Assembly (NCBI GenBank): GCA_973895155.1
Contig: OZ316896.1
Location: 23,083,722 to 23,147,721 of the forward strand
Source: Marsupella aquatica
Lineage: Eukaryota; Plantae; Marchantiophyta
Length of the DNA stretch: 64,000 nucleotides
Reading direction: 5' to 3'
Below, in pieces: positions 25,201-38,745 of the stretch. The translations under genes were made by a program, and so were the position numbers. The notes beneath the pieces were generated by a model. That model had not been told where the DNA came from and did not search any database. It saw nothing but the letters and a program-made list of their open reading frames with translations. The stretch's first letter is position 1; each line of letters opens with the position of its first letter.

Positions 25201-25941
25201 ACATATTTTGCCATGAAAATTTAATATACTTGCCCCATTCCTTGTGCAGCATAGTTAACTTTGGATACTCAGCATCCTAAGTAATGACATGGCAACTCAA
25301 TTCCCATTTCTAGACCACCTCCAGGGGTGGTTCTGAGAGATGTCCTATGTTTTAGGGAGGTATTTTATGGTGCAAGTAAAAAGGAATTTTGATAGCGAGG
25401 AGAGTGTTGTTAGGGAGTACTACTGGTTTTTAATTTCTTTTGGTTCTTGCTGCCTTTTATATATTTTAGTGTATTTCTAGGACTCCATATGGCTAGTAAG
25501 CTCGCAAGTCAAAAGAGAAGTCCAAAAATTGGATGTTATCAACAAAGTTTTGGTTGGCTAGGGACTAACTTTGCCAGTGAAGTGATTTTTTTTAACTCAT
25601 AACAGTCAAAACATTTCCTGTTTTTTGCATGCTACAAATACCCTGTTTTAGGGGCAGGTGAAACGTGCATTAAGTTTTGGTATGGATTCTAAATTCCCGA
25701 CAGCACGTTAATCTTGGCATTCAGTCTGGTACTCCTTTGGTTTTGGTCTACCTGGCTTACGTGAAACACCCCTAGATAAACGAGGAATCCAAAATTTAGA
25801 GTAGCTTTACAAGACTGGGTCTGAATTTGGGAATTTAAATCTTAGACCATCTTAGTAGGTGATTAGTTTATTTTGGCTGTGTGGCCAGCTTATTTTGTGT
25901 GTTTATCTCTAAACTTGGAACCCACGTTTAGAGATCAGGTG

Positions 25942-26063
25942 GCCCCCTAACCCAGAATCTGCATTTGACTCACTTTAAATGCAAAAACTCCTTACGAAAG
26001 ATGCAGCCCCCTAACCCAGAATCTGTGTTTGACTCACTTTAAATGCAAAAACTCCTTACAAAA
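25942..26063. repeat. Tandem duplication, ~64-bp unit x2
   Basis: GCCCCCTAACCCAGAATCTG..TTTGACTCACTTTAAATGCAAAAACTCCTTAC occurs twice. Confidence 0.8.
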
Positions 26064-27524
26064 GAGGCGGGTGCAAAAAGCGAAGTTACATATAGTATAC
26101 AGCATTCATCCCGGAACATGCTTGATATTTTGTCTTGTAGTGAAATGTAAATAGATAAAATATAAGAGAGTAGAACTAGAATACATATTAAGTGTGATTG
26201 TGATCAAATCTACAACTATAATAAGGGATCACTACTTTTTTTGTCCTCCATCTCAATACAAAGAAGCTCATGGGCGGGAGAGATCCTCAGCCATTGGATT
26301 TGATTAGCTATTTTCCCAGACCATGATGGAAGAAATGTGTACCCCTAGCACATATGTGCTTCCTGCTCTCGTTCCCGCTGCCCCATAAATGCTGCTCTCG
26401 TTCCCGCTGCCCCATAAATGCCCTACCCGACTCACTATAGACTAGCTTTCCTTGCAGAGTGCAATGCACTGGCATAGGGCTCGTACTATAAATCAAGCAC
26501 ATACTGAGTGACCAATGAAAAGTACACTCAAAGTGCTATGACACAAAGTCGCTAGGATGTGTGCACTTATTGAATCAATGTGCTTTATTAATGACTCAAC
26601 TCAATAATGACCATAAACTTAGGAACGAAACCATGAGGACGGGTGAACTTAAGACATGTGTTCACCTTATTTAGAATCATTTCTCTTTCTCATGAGAAGA
26701 ATTAAAAACTTTGTTCAAGTGGTAGAATTAAATCATTGGTTAATTTAAGAGATAACAAAGATTAAAAATTAAGGGGGATGCCAAAATGAGTTCAAAATTT
26801 CTTTAGAATACCAAAACTTAATGGGGTCCAGAAATAAATTAAAAATCCATATGATACAAACAATGCCCCCTTATTAATGCACATTCATTCAAATAAAATA
26901 CATGACACAGAAAATATGAATAAGACAACATGTGAAAGGTGGATTCACCATATATACACCTTCAAAAGGTTCATATCCATGGTGCTTTGGGTGTAAAGTG
27001 AGACAGAGTGTTACACAATCCATGGGGATGGGCAAACACACCCCTCGTCCATGAGCGCTAGATTTTCTGAAGATAAGAGGTCCAATAAAGGGAAAAAAAC
27101 AATGGAAAAATGACACGAATACCAAAGAGGCAAAAAGCCAGAGAGTCCCCCACAAAGCACCAAATGGGTGGACAAGATCTTGAAGGCACCAGAGCCAAGA
27201 AGGGGAGAAAAACAATGGGGTAATTCACACCAGACCAAAGCACCATAGAGTCCTGGCCCAGGCTTGTCTAATTCAATCACAAGCTTTGTCAGTTCCTCAA
27301 ACCTTGCTTACCTTGCTTCTTCTCGTAATCTCGTTTCTTTCTCGTGAAAGCGTGTCTGGTTTACGAAAAAGGTGCCGATTTAGCGTAAAGCTTTTTAGCA
27401 AGTGTGGATTTTGAGCTTCTCGTACTCCTGCAGCACCGTAGTCGCAAATTCGCAGTCGAGCCCGCTATCGACGTTCCAATTTGTGTCGAGCGATTCACAA
27501 ACAGTGACCAGGACGGAGATCGCG

Positions 27525-28307
27525 ATGGCCACATCGCGAGGGCATGGCGAAGAAGCGGATCCGGAACCGCTCACAAAGCAAGAGATTGTGGATCTGCGCG
27601 CGAAGCTGATCCCTGAGTTGCAGCAGGAAGAGTGGTACACGATATTGACGGCATGTACTGCATCCGCGCACGCCGGCGCAGAGGCAGTGCCTCTGATTTA
27701 CGAGATCGCCTCGGAAGAGGTCAGTGCCCTTGCGGGAAAAGAGGCTGATGAAATGGCGTTGAGGATACAGAGGCGGATTAAGGAAAGTCTGCTCAAGGGC
27801 TCGGTCCTCTTTGGCATCCCTGGCGCGCTCCACTCGGTCTTCGCTCTCCTATCGCGCACCCGCATGGAAGCAGCGCAGCACCCCACCCGCAACGACTCGG
27901 GGTTCTTCCTGCGACGAGGGCAAACCCTCGAAGGTGCCCGATCCCGTGGTTTGGGCCAGCTGCGAAAAGTCTATCGGCACAACTTGGATCCAATCCTAGA
28001 CGAAATGGTGCGTGACGACATGGAAGATCTGCGAACCCTCACCTTCGAATTCAACTACGGGTGGAATTTGAGCGAGTGCGGTGTTCTCGATTTCAAGAGC
28101 ACGGAATTGGTCATACTCGCGGCGCTGATTCCGCAGAATGCGAGGGCAGAGACTCTGTGGCACCTTAGAGGTTGCAGGAGGGCGGGTTCGTCCGACGATT
28201 GTATACGGAGCGTGAGGGATGTTTGTGTTGAAATTGCACAGAGGCTTGGGTGTCGGACCTCCCAGGTACCAAACCTCGAAGATGTGAAGGAAGATTCGAA
28301 CGAGTAA
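27525..28307 (+). CDS. Intronless AhpD/carboxymuconolactone decarboxylase-like protein (fungal-type), ~260 aa
   Basis: Uninterrupted GC-rich ORF. Duplicated CMD-like helical motifs RIKESLLKGSVLFGIPGAL and LDFKSTELVILAALIPQN..ETLWHLRGCRRAG. Confidence 0.7.
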   Translation: MATSRGHGEEADPEPLTKQEIVDLRAKLIPELQQEEWYTILTACTASAHAGAEAVPLIYEIASEEVSALAGKEADEMALRIQRRIKESLLKGSVLFGIPGALHSVFALLSRTRMEAAQHPTRNDSGFFLRRGQTLEGARSRGLGQLRKVYRHNLDPILDEMVRDDMEDLRTLTFEFNYGWNLSECGVLDFKSTELVILAALIPQNARAETLWHLRGCRRAGSSDDCIRSVRDVCVEIAQRLGCRTSQVPNLEDVKEDSNE

Positions 28308-29413
28308 CCGCCCCGGTGGCGGGGTGGTACGACTCAGCGATAATAACACAAGTCACTCGAGCATCGTTTCTGGTGGACTTGTGGATCCCTTTTCAGAAGG
28401 TTGTTCGTGAGGGAGTGGATGAAGACAGTGCTGATCTCATCACGATGTATTCTGACGTTTTCATTTGTCAGAAAACAAATGTAGCTCACCTTACCAAATT
28501 ACGGAGAGGGCACTTCCTTGGCGAGCACGCAAAACAGAGTCTGAGAATCAGTCCGAACATTTTGTTTGACGAAGAAGAGAAACGAGTCACGACGGAAGCA
28601 AAGAAAGTCATGCTCTGGAGCTCTCACAGAAACCATACGCTGTTCCTTGAACATTCTCTTTCATATTTGGTCCTCTGTCAAACAGGGATAGCAGCTCGAT
28701 CCAGTCATAGAGCAGCTTAATCATTAGGATATAGTGAGTGTCAAGGAGTCTTCCGTTCGCTCAATTCTCACAATCACGGCGAATCATGAATCAGAAATTT
28801 AGTCTTGACGTATCAGTTTTAGCTCGACCCGGAAGAAAGATGGAAGAACGTTTCCAACTCGGTGAAGAATTTGGGGCTTAGTGTACGTTTTAATTAGCAG
28901 CTTGGCCAACGATGAAAATCGGATGGATCCATTGTGTCCACCGTCAATAGCACAACAAAGCTGAAATGTGGATTCAGGACACGCGAGCAGCTAGTGTTGC
29001 TGTTCAAATGCATATTGTGTCAATTCCAAAGCTTGAAAAACTGTGCATTCCTTGAACAGCAGAAACCTGCATAGGAGACTGGTTCTTATTTAGACGTGAG
29101 GGTCTCGTCTCGGCACGAGAACTACTGACGATCCCTGGTCTATCCTAAAAGCAAGCGTCTACTCCCAACCGCTTGATCAATTTTACCTCCTTTCATATGT
29201 TTGTCAACACGTGGTCGATCTAGTCGCCAACAACCATTGAATGAATTTATTTTACTAGCTAGCAGGCAAGCTCAGGAGTAGCAATAAGCAGAAAGTTATA
29301 AGACATCTAGTAATCTGCTTGCTCAGGAATGCCCACAATTAGGAATGGAGTGGAACACTCAAAAGGGCAGTGAGTACTAACAGCTGATATAACTGAGAGA
29401 TGGCAAACGAAGC

Positions 29414-30265
29414 CTAATTTTCACACGAGGTGTCTGCTCGAAGCACCGTCATTGGGAACGTGAATGTACTGACGTATTCGAAAGCAATTGTGCTCTGTGG
29501 GGCTAATGGAGATCCGTCGTTAAGGAGACAATCATTGTAAGCAAGCCGCTTGAATAGAATTGGATCTACCAACTTCTCAGATGAGAAGTCTCCACAACCA
29601 ATATGGATATTGCTCAACGAGCAATCCAAGCAGGTATTTGTGAAAGTGACACGGCAGACTGGTAGGCCGTTGGGCGGATAGTACATCTCCTGTTTGTACT
29701 GCAAGTCCGTAAGATAGTTGCACCCAAGAGCATTCACACCAGCATTTAATGTGGGCTTTGGATGAAGACGGCAAGATACACGACTGTCGATGGCTCTCTC
29801 CCCTGTTAGTAACAGAACCCAGGCAAAACTTATTAGCAACCGTGAGCTTCATTACAAATCTGGATCTTAATTACTCTAACTGAACTAAGTCGTATTTGGC
29901 GCAAGTCTCAACTGCTGTGAGGAGAAACCCATTCGCAGCTATCGAAACGAGCCTACCTACTGAAGATGTTTGACCTCATTGCGTTATAATAACTAGTGAA
30001 GAGAAGAAATATTATCAACAGGCTCTAAACAAACAAATCAACCTGAATTTAGTCCATCGTCGCGCAGCTCAGAGAGTCTGTCGGGATTTTCAGCAATCAG
30101 AATGTTTGGGAATGCCACGATCTCCGCAGCACTTCCCTCACTGATAACCGGAAAAGCGCGCGTCGCTCCAGAGTATAGAGCCAAGGTGCTAAGAGAAGTT
30201 GCAAGGCACACTTTGAGCAAGACGTTGAGCACATAAGTCCCGCTTTCTTCTCCCGAACCACCCAT
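29414..30265 (-). CDS. TPD1: TAPETUM DETERMINANT 1-like small secreted cysteine-rich protein, 2 exons
   Basis: Exon 1 (30265-30043) has a hydrophobic signal segment; phase-1 GT-AG intron; exon 2 is 29802-29414. TPD1 domain NGLPVCRVTFTNTC..CSLSNIHIGCGDFSS..LVDP..FKRLAYNDCLLNDGSPL. Confidence 0.85.
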
Positions 30266-31046
30266 CTTGAACCTTCGGAGCGAAAATCTGCAGAATTGCA
30301 GGACCAGAATGGTGGATGATCAGCATAGTTAAGGTGCGAGAATGCATATTAAAATTGAGTCACTTGATCGAGTGAATGTGGTAGCAATCATGAAAATTAT
30401 GAGCAAGAATTGAATTGCCTTCCTTCTCAGATAGCAACATTAAGTCCTGAGGGGGAGCATAATTGACAAATCGAAATTCACAGCCAATTTCACAAGACAA
30501 ATCATGGGAACGCCAATGTATATGGCCAATTGCTGTACGTGCTCTACCCGTCGCGCAATTTACGTATGTTGCAAAAAAACGACCGCCAACGGATCGAGCT
30601 CGCTAACAAGAAAACGGGAATGCTGGAAAGCTGTTGCACATTCAAGCATTTATCTACTCTCACAATTGCAGACTCAAGCATTTATTTACTCTCACAATTG
30701 GCTACACAATTGTTTTGTTCAGATGCTTCGAAAGCAATCGATCCCGCAACAGTGTGTTCAATCACTGTCCCATGCAATTACATTTCAGATCCATCACTTC
30801 CGCGTAGTCACATCGTCTACAGAGCGCATCACTCTCTCCCATCGACTACCTCACCCTCCCTACCTGATTACGTGATCTGATTAAAACACACAGTGGAGGA
30901 CGAATAATTCCTCGCTTCGTCCTGTATACTGTGTTTCACAAGAACGACCAAAACAAAAAATGAAGGGCCAATTGAGGCATTTCACCATGATTGGCTGTCC
31001 AGAATTAGAATGCCTCATGAGGTGGTGGTCAGGCACTGCATTTAAT

Positions 31047-31214
31047 AGGGTGTCTCAAACCTTGGAGTTGCAGGAAAAAAACCAAGCCCGGAACTATTAG
31101 TTTTGGTCGCAATTCAGCAGTGTGCGGACACAGATTTTTGTGTCTGCCATTTTTTCCCCTGGAATCTGTGGCTGACCACCACCGGAGGCAGCAAGGCAAC
31201 GTTTGAGACGCACT
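31047..31214. mobile_element. Small MITE-like element
   Basis: Inverted ends AGGGTGTCTCAAAC / GTTTGAGACGCACT, with AAT on both sides. Confidence 0.45.
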
Positions 31215-32449
31215 AATACAGTTGTAAGTGTAATAAGCGAATGTGTGTAATAAGTGTGCACTCCATAAGCTCTTAGTATCTATTAATGCCTCTTACTCTC
31301 TATTCATCAGGTCATCCTCTTCTTTTACTTCAGACTTGGGGGTCTCACTATATGGAGGCCTCCACATCACCTGTAACATTTTTAGGCCTGGGACTCTCCA
31401 AAATGTAATTTTATTTTTTATTTTTTACTCCTATAAATTAGAATATTCATGGAATATTACAAAATTTGGATTAAAAAGACCCAAATGTTTTTATAAGTTT
31501 CAAAATTGGATTTAAAATACCCTACTATTATTCTGAGAAAATTTTTAAGTCTTCATGTAGAATAAAATAATGACCCTATTTTTCGTCACACGTGATGTGC
31601 CATTTTTGTGAAAGTGAAACCCCCGAGACTTCAGATAAGCATATTTAAGCACTTTTTCTAAGCGCACACAAGGCTAAAATCATTTCACTAAATGAAAATT
31701 TCATAAACACTTACCCTCAATAAGTATCTCTATGCTCTTATCATGTAAATGCACAAACTCTTAAAATTGCATTCACAGATATTAAAGCCATGCCCATTCT
31801 TAGTAGAGTATAGAATCCACTTCAGGAGAGTACTTGGGCATAGAAATTGGGCAGCAAAACAAAGGACAAGAGTGACTACTCACTAAAGGAGAGGCTCTAA
31901 ATTTAACAAATGAATCTTTAAAAAGTGCACTTATTGATAAGTGCACTTTGGGGGTGTGCTTATCAAGGAATGCAACACCTAGTTTAGTGCATGCCAGATC
32001 TGTTGTCCCAAGAGTGTGCACTTATGGAGAGTTATCTGCAGTGAAGTGACATAACAAAAAATGACAGCGAGTTCTTTTCAAAATACAAGCTCAAGAGAAA
32101 ACCAACAGTCTTGGGAAAGTCATTGCTGCCCATTTAGCAGTCTCCCCATGGAACGAGAAAACAAGGGAATGCAAAGCTTTTGCCAATTCTCCCCATGGAA
32201 CGAGAAAACCCTGCACATTCTTGTGGGCAATGTGCATTGTGCAGTCCTTGTGATGAACAATGTACCTTGTATGTGAAGTTGGGGAGGTACTAGCAATGGC
32301 AACAAGCCGTGGGAAGGACTATTCAATTGAGGAGTTGCTACATCATCCTACATGTGTCCCAAGACCTTGCTCCAAGATCCATGTGTTGGTTATGGGCAAA
32401 GGGTGGAGAGGTTTTGGGAAAGAGTGCAAGCTTAGAGCACTATGAAAAG

Positions 32450-34000
32450 CACAGCCTGCATGGTAAATAATCTAGGGGTCAAAAATTGTTGGAAGGAACG
32501 TGGACTGACATCAAACACAATGTGACAAGTTCATTGGAGTCTTTTAGCAAGTTGAGGACCTGCAAGCTTTGGGACAAATGACTATAATATGTTGATCAAG
32601 GCCAAAGAATTATACATACGTAACCGCATCCAAAAGGTAAAATAATTCCATCTATTTTGGGTGATGCTTTTGGATGTTAAAAGATTGCCCACGATGGGGC
32701 ACTCTGTCAGAAAAAATGTCTTAATTAATTTGAAGAAAGGAACAAAGTTGTAGCCCATAGTGTGCCCATTTCAAATGAGAACTCCCCTTCAGGCCCAATT
32801 GTTATTGAAAATGATTTCTTTATCGATAGTAATGAATAGGGCCTATAGGATGAAGCCAAGGATGTTGGGCAATTATGTCACAACATGAAGAGACCTCAAC
32901 GCATTAAGAGGGCCAAGGAGGTGCCAAGAGATGAAAGTTTGAATGGGGTGCTTTGAAGGCAAGTGTGATTGCTCACAAAGAACTGCCTTCTGCAAATCAA
33001 GACTGAGTTGGCGCTATGCAAAAAAACACAGTCCTCAAACTGCTCACAATGCCTATTGACCACTTGGCACCAGCAGTGTGTGAGTTTGTGATGCAGGGCA
33101 GGGGACCTAAAGAGGCAAATATTTAAAAATGAGAGCAAGTATGGAGAAACCTGCTCCACCACCACCTCGGTTTGTTCAACACCCAGTGACTATTCAGTAG
33201 AGATAAAAGTTCTGGCTCCAGAAGTTCTAGCTCTGAAAATCCAGCCAGTCAATTTATTTTGTCCCAAACAACACCCAGTGACCAATAGGATTTTGAGAAG
33301 GAGATGACCCACCTCATCTAGAATATGACACATTTATTAGTATTCTTTTCAATGAGCAATTAACCCGGAGTTTAAAAAGGATATCTTTACATATGACAAG
33401 ACAACTTAATTTGTAATATTGAGGCAATTTTGAATAAACGGAGTTCCAAACACCGATTGTTATTGGCTCTGACTGTATGTTGTGCAACTTATGTATGGTT
33501 GTGAAATTGGGAGCTTGCAAATATGTCAGCATCAATTCTAGACACAAGAAATTGAATGACCATAAGATATATATTGTCATCCCGAATCGCGTTGATGAAG
33601 GTCAGTTGTAGAGAGTCCAATGCTAATAAAATGTCATGGAATCCCTTACGATCAATGACAGAACTTGTAATGCCTCAAAAGGCAGCTCAATTTCTTCTGT
33701 TCCTTGCCTACTTCAACCTTCTGTATGTCCCCTCCTTAAAAGTGATGTGAGCCATTCATTTTCTGGTTTGATTTTTTGGCCATTCAATGTCTTAATTGCC
33801 TCGTTTATTTTCTGGTTTGATTTCTCCATGCTTTAAATCCATCCAATGCTTTGACGTACTCCATCCAAATCATCCACAAGTTTGGGGTGGCGGTAGATTC
33901 AAGAAAATCCGGTGGCTGAGGTTTTAGCAAGTTTTACAGGCTACAGTTGGGGACTTTCTTAGCGGTTTGCAATCACTACACCACTTAAGAGATGCTCTTA
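32450..34000. mobile_element. Highly degenerate PIF/Harbinger remnant (Myb/NAM-associated-like ORF on +, transposase C-terminus on -)
   Basis: Eroded W..I...V.KF.G...A.ELY....W.LKDCPRW pattern at ~32480-32700. Minus-strand ARxEIExAFxALQ-like remnant at ~33665-33710. GAGATGCTC|TTA Harbinger-like terminus at ~33989-34000. Confidence 0.45.
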
Positions 34001-35924
34001 GACTTCCTCCTTAGTTACCATGACCATGATCAGATGTTTCATTAATACCCTAACTTAATTCTTAACAATCATGATTGATGAGAAGGGTCCTTTCAAAAAC
34101 ACCAGTTATTGACAATTTAAGCATCTTGGGGGACCACTCCAATCCATGCAGGATTGGGAATTTCTGGTACAAGTGACCTCTAAATCTAACGTAAAGCCGA
34201 AATGGCCCAAGAATATGATAAATGCAAGCTTTACCTCTAGCAGGGCCCAAGGGGTGTCATGGTACTAAACAAGAAAATATGTGACAACAACGCTTTCAAA
34301 TCTCAAGGATCACTTCTATAGTGCCCTGACCTTGACCTGGCCGTCCAGCTGTTGATCTCCTACCTTGGTAGCCCTCACTGTCCACTCTGTAACATACATA
34401 CCCACTTGCTCCTTGAGACCACCTATAGATCTCAAGTTGTGGTCCATAGTCCACAGACTGTCACAAAAATGATACCATTGGCAAGACATGCACCACCCCT
34501 CTCCCTTCTCCCCTCCCCAAGGATGCACCTCAAGTTGGCTTACAAGAATAGTACGTATGTCATTGTAAATTGGGTTGAAGGTACCAAGAAAAGTTAGAGT
34601 ATTATGATTATTTGAATACACACGATTGGACACATAGCAAATGTAGTATAAGATTGTCATATAGTTACATCATTTGACACCATCTATAATTGTCCATCAA
34701 CAAAATTGTGGGTGGGGAAGATGCGCAAGAGGTATGGCTGCAAGAGGCAGAAAAGGAATTGAGGTGAGAGCTGGGGTGAGTATGTCAATCCAGACAAGAA
34801 ACTCGAACATTCTAGTGCATTGCAGCTCTTACCTATTAAAGATGTACTGACCCCAAGATTTTTCTATGCTCCTTTCCCACCCTCCAATCTCCGTCTTGAT
34901 TTCTTTTGTTTTTGAGCAGTTTTTTCCTCACACAAATCCAACTCACTTTTTTTGCTTGCTTTCCATTCTCTATTATTTATCTGATTTGATGAGGGTCATT
35001 AGAGTTCTGGGAACTACTTGTTCCTTCCAATTTGTTTAGGAAGCAGGTCCCCAATCTAACTAGGCAATAACATCTCAGCTCAAATAAACTTGAGACTACA
35101 AAATAAATTATGGCTAAAGCTCTTTTGATGCATCTTAGGATGCCTACATACCCTACTAGCAAAGGAACAGATTTATAAAAACTTGAAAAGAATAATTGAC
35201 AAACTTAAAGTACTGTTGATTGAAAGTGCACACTGACCCTCACCATTAATCATCAACATCTTATCTTATTGGTCAATGTAAGAAATCTGACAGCATGCAC
35301 AATAAGAGCTTGTGACTATTGTGCATTGTTGTCTACTGTTGGACAATTCTACCCCCATTGCCTATTATTTGACATTTTACTTTTGATATTTTTTACAGTT
35401 CCTGCGTCCAGATGTGTTTGCTAGCCTTCAGCCAAATATCCATGCAGGTCTTATTTGATTATTGTTGCAAACATACAGTCACACTACTAACTGTTTGTGA
35501 TGAAAATATTGATGTGGTTGCATGTGGTGCCAGAGAATTGGGACAGCCAAACACTTTCCATGTTTGGGGGTTTAACTATATGGAGCCCCCATATCACCTA
35601 CGACATTTTGAGGTCTTGTACCCCCTGAACCTTAAGAAATACCCTCTATAATTTGGATTCAAAAGACCCTAATGGACTCCATAAATATTTGGAGTCTTCT
35701 CTTATAACCAATAGAAAGACTCTATGGTTTGTCGTATGTGAAATGAAACCCCTGAATCCCCATGGGAGTATGTAAAAACTTCAATCAAACCGATCATCAA
35801 CGAGACTACAAAGAGAATGTGGTGTATGCCCAGGTTGATGCATGCTTGGGATGTGGAGGCATAGCCAGTTGTACTGTTGTCAATCATGAAAGATAGCCCT
35901 ATGCCCGTGCGTTGCACGAAAGAT

Positions 35925-36300
35925 GTCAAGGTGATAAAAGATGTTGAGGTGATAAAAAGATGTTGAATGATAAAAAAATGTTGAGGTGATAAAAAGATGT
36001 CGCGTGATAAGTCATCTCAAAGTGATAAAAAGATGTCGAGGTGATAAAAAGATGTCGAGGTGATAAAAAGATGTTGAGTGATAAAATAATGTTGAGTGAT
36101 AAGTGGATGTCGAAGTGATAAAAAGATGTCGAGTGATAAAAATATGTTGAGGTGATAAAAAGATGTCGAGTGATAAGTGAATGTCGAAGTGATAAAAAGA
36201 TGTCGAGCAGATAAAAGGGTGTCAAGTGATAAAAAGGTGTTGAGTGATAAGCAGATGTCGAAGTGATAAAAAGATGTTGAGGTGATAAAAAGATGTTCAA
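35925..36300 (-). repeat. Helitron subterminal tandem repeat (~19-20 bp, TTTTTATCACCTCGACATC)
   Basis: Many copies of GATGTCGAGGTGATAAAAA. Inverted counterpart at 45040-45510. Confidence 0.9.
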
Positions 36301-38529
36301 CAAAGAAGAAAATGTTGAGATGAGCAAAAGATGTTTAAGTGAGGCACAAATGTCAACATGATAATGGGATATGGCAAACATCATGAAGATGAAGATTTCA
36401 AGGAGAGAAAACTATGCCAAGGTGAACAAAAGATGCCACGGTGAGCAAAAAATGTCAAGGCAAAAGAAGACAAAAATGTCGAGGCATGTTTAAATGTACA
36501 TTGCATTGAGGCAAAGATTTGGGGTGATGTGAACATTTTGACTCGAGGCAAAGAAATGCAAAAAGATGCAAGTGAGCCAAAGAAATGTAGATAATGCAAA
36601 TTAATGTAAGCAAGGCAAGAAAGTTGTTTAAACATCTCATATGTTGTTACGACCATCTCGTCATTATGATGATGCAATCACTCTGGCCATGAGGGTGTTG
36701 TGGCTATGTTGGTCTTGCGGCCATGTTGTTGCCAAGCCCAATGCCAACGCATTGCAAAGATACATTTAGATAAGGTAAAGAACTATTGATTAAAAGCTGA
36801 GGTTTTTAGGTGGATCAAACTAAAATATTGGATTTCCATAATTCTTTCTTGCCCATTTCATGTGAAAAGTGTTGTCAATGCGGAGACCTTGTTCAAAATA
36901 GCACATGAAATTATGTAATCAAGTAATGTAATTCAAGTCAACACAAAAATATGGGATAAGGTGCAAATGGGTAATGAGAGTACATGGGCAAGAGTTGGGC
37001 AAGAAATCCTTATTGTTAATGATACAAAAGATGGAACAAAAGACTGGACAAAAGATGCAAATGGGGGCAAAGAGTTGGGCTCCAGACTTGGAAAAGAATT
37101 AGGGCAAAAGCGAGACTAATAGAGATGAAGGGGCATGTCAAGCATACATATCTTGTGGAGAAAAGATGTTGGGAGCTTGATCTTCTTGGTCTTCATTAAA
37201 GACGCATTTTTTGAAAAGATTTTCAATGAGAATGTTGGAGGTATAGATGGAATAACAAATTTGGGACCGATTTTGTATAAAACATAAAAAAATATCTAAC
37301 TACTATAATATGCTTGCCCGCCTTTTTCCAAGAATCGTCTGCTTACAAAATGAAGAATTGGCGGGACTCAATTTTGGCTGTCAGATCCCAATGAGTATTT
37401 TCAGCACCACTGGATGAAAAAACGACCCACCCTGGACCACTGTTTGAAAAGGACCATCATGTCGTCTCATCTTCGGACAACTGCTGCTTCTTTGCGCTCC
37501 ACGCCACATAAAAACCTGACAAAGAATTCTTGCACCTTGGTCCAGGCGTTTTGACACGTCACACATGCTCACGGGGATTCACTCCAGGCGTTTTGGCAAA
37601 TCCAAAACCTGACGCCTCCCACCGACGCACCTCACCCCACGGCCATGACGCCCACCAACAGAGTCATCGACACCCCACCTGACGCGCGCCTGGAGTCAAC
37701 ACCCCACGGCCCTCCTGCAGCACCCACAGTCACACACCTCACCCATGGCCTGACGCACGGCAATGGAGTCATTGACAGTGCACCTGACGCGCCTGGAATC
37801 GACACCCCACGGCCGTCCCGCAGTCCCGCACCTCACCCCACGGCACACCCTCCTCCCTCCTCTTCAGCGCGCCCTCCTCCCCTCCTCCCCACGCCTGGCT
37901 CCTCCTCCCCAGCCTCCCTCGGCCCGCCTCGCCCCTAACTCCCCTCCTCCCCGCCACGGCCCTCCTCCTCCTCCCCTCCACGGCAGTCCTCCTCCGCCAC
38001 GGCTCTCATCCCCGCCACGGCCCTCCACTCCTCCTGCCCTCCACGGCCCTCCGCTCCTAAACGGCCCTCCTCCCTCCTCGACGCAGCGCCCTCCTCCCCA
38101 GCTCGGCCCTCCTCGCTCCCCCTCCCCGCATCTGCTCCTCCTCCCCTCCACGGCCCATTGTTGGAGTACTGTACTCGCCCATCATGGCGAGTACTTTCTC
38201 CCGCAGGGAGGGAGCAAGTACTCGCCTTGATGGGCGAGTATACTCCCAAAGTGAGGGAGCTTCATTCGACCCTCCCCCACTCCTTCCCTCCTCGGCAATG
38301 CGCCTGGCCTTGGCCCACCCATTGACCCTCCCTCGCTCCTTGGTTGCCAGCTCGCTCCTCGCGACTCCCTCAGCGCAACTCCCTCCCCTCATCTCGCAAC
38401 TCCCACCTCTCATCGCCCCCTAGCGGCCTGGGGTGCAATACGGCCCGACTCTGCCTTGCCCCGACAATTAGTCCAGGTGCGGCAATTAGTCCAGGGCGGT
38501 GCACGACACCCTGATGCCGACGCGGGTGT

Positions 38530-38745
38530 CACGCTTGCGGCAGTTTAGTCCAGGCGTGTTCCGGATGCCCTGACGCCGACTCGGGTGTCACGCTTGCGGC
38601 AGTTTAGTCCAGGCGCGTTCCGGATGCCCTGACGCCGACTCGGGTGTCACACTTGCGGCAGTTTAGTCCAGGCGCGTTCCGGATGACAGTTTGAGTCCAG
38701 GCATGGTCCGCGGGGCGCCCTTACGCCGACTCGGGTGTCACGCTC
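38530..38745. repeat. GC-rich tandem repeat (~59 bp) in the Helitron 5' region
   Basis: GACTCGGGTGTCACGCTTGCGGCAGTTTAGTCCAGGCGCGTTCCGGATGCCCTGACGCC repeated ~3.5 times. Confidence 0.85.

Noticed and set aside
37645-38423. Pro-rich/Gly-rich extensin-like ORFs
   Set aside because: Low-complexity C-rich DNA open in several frames on both strands inside the Helitron; no signal peptide or splice support.
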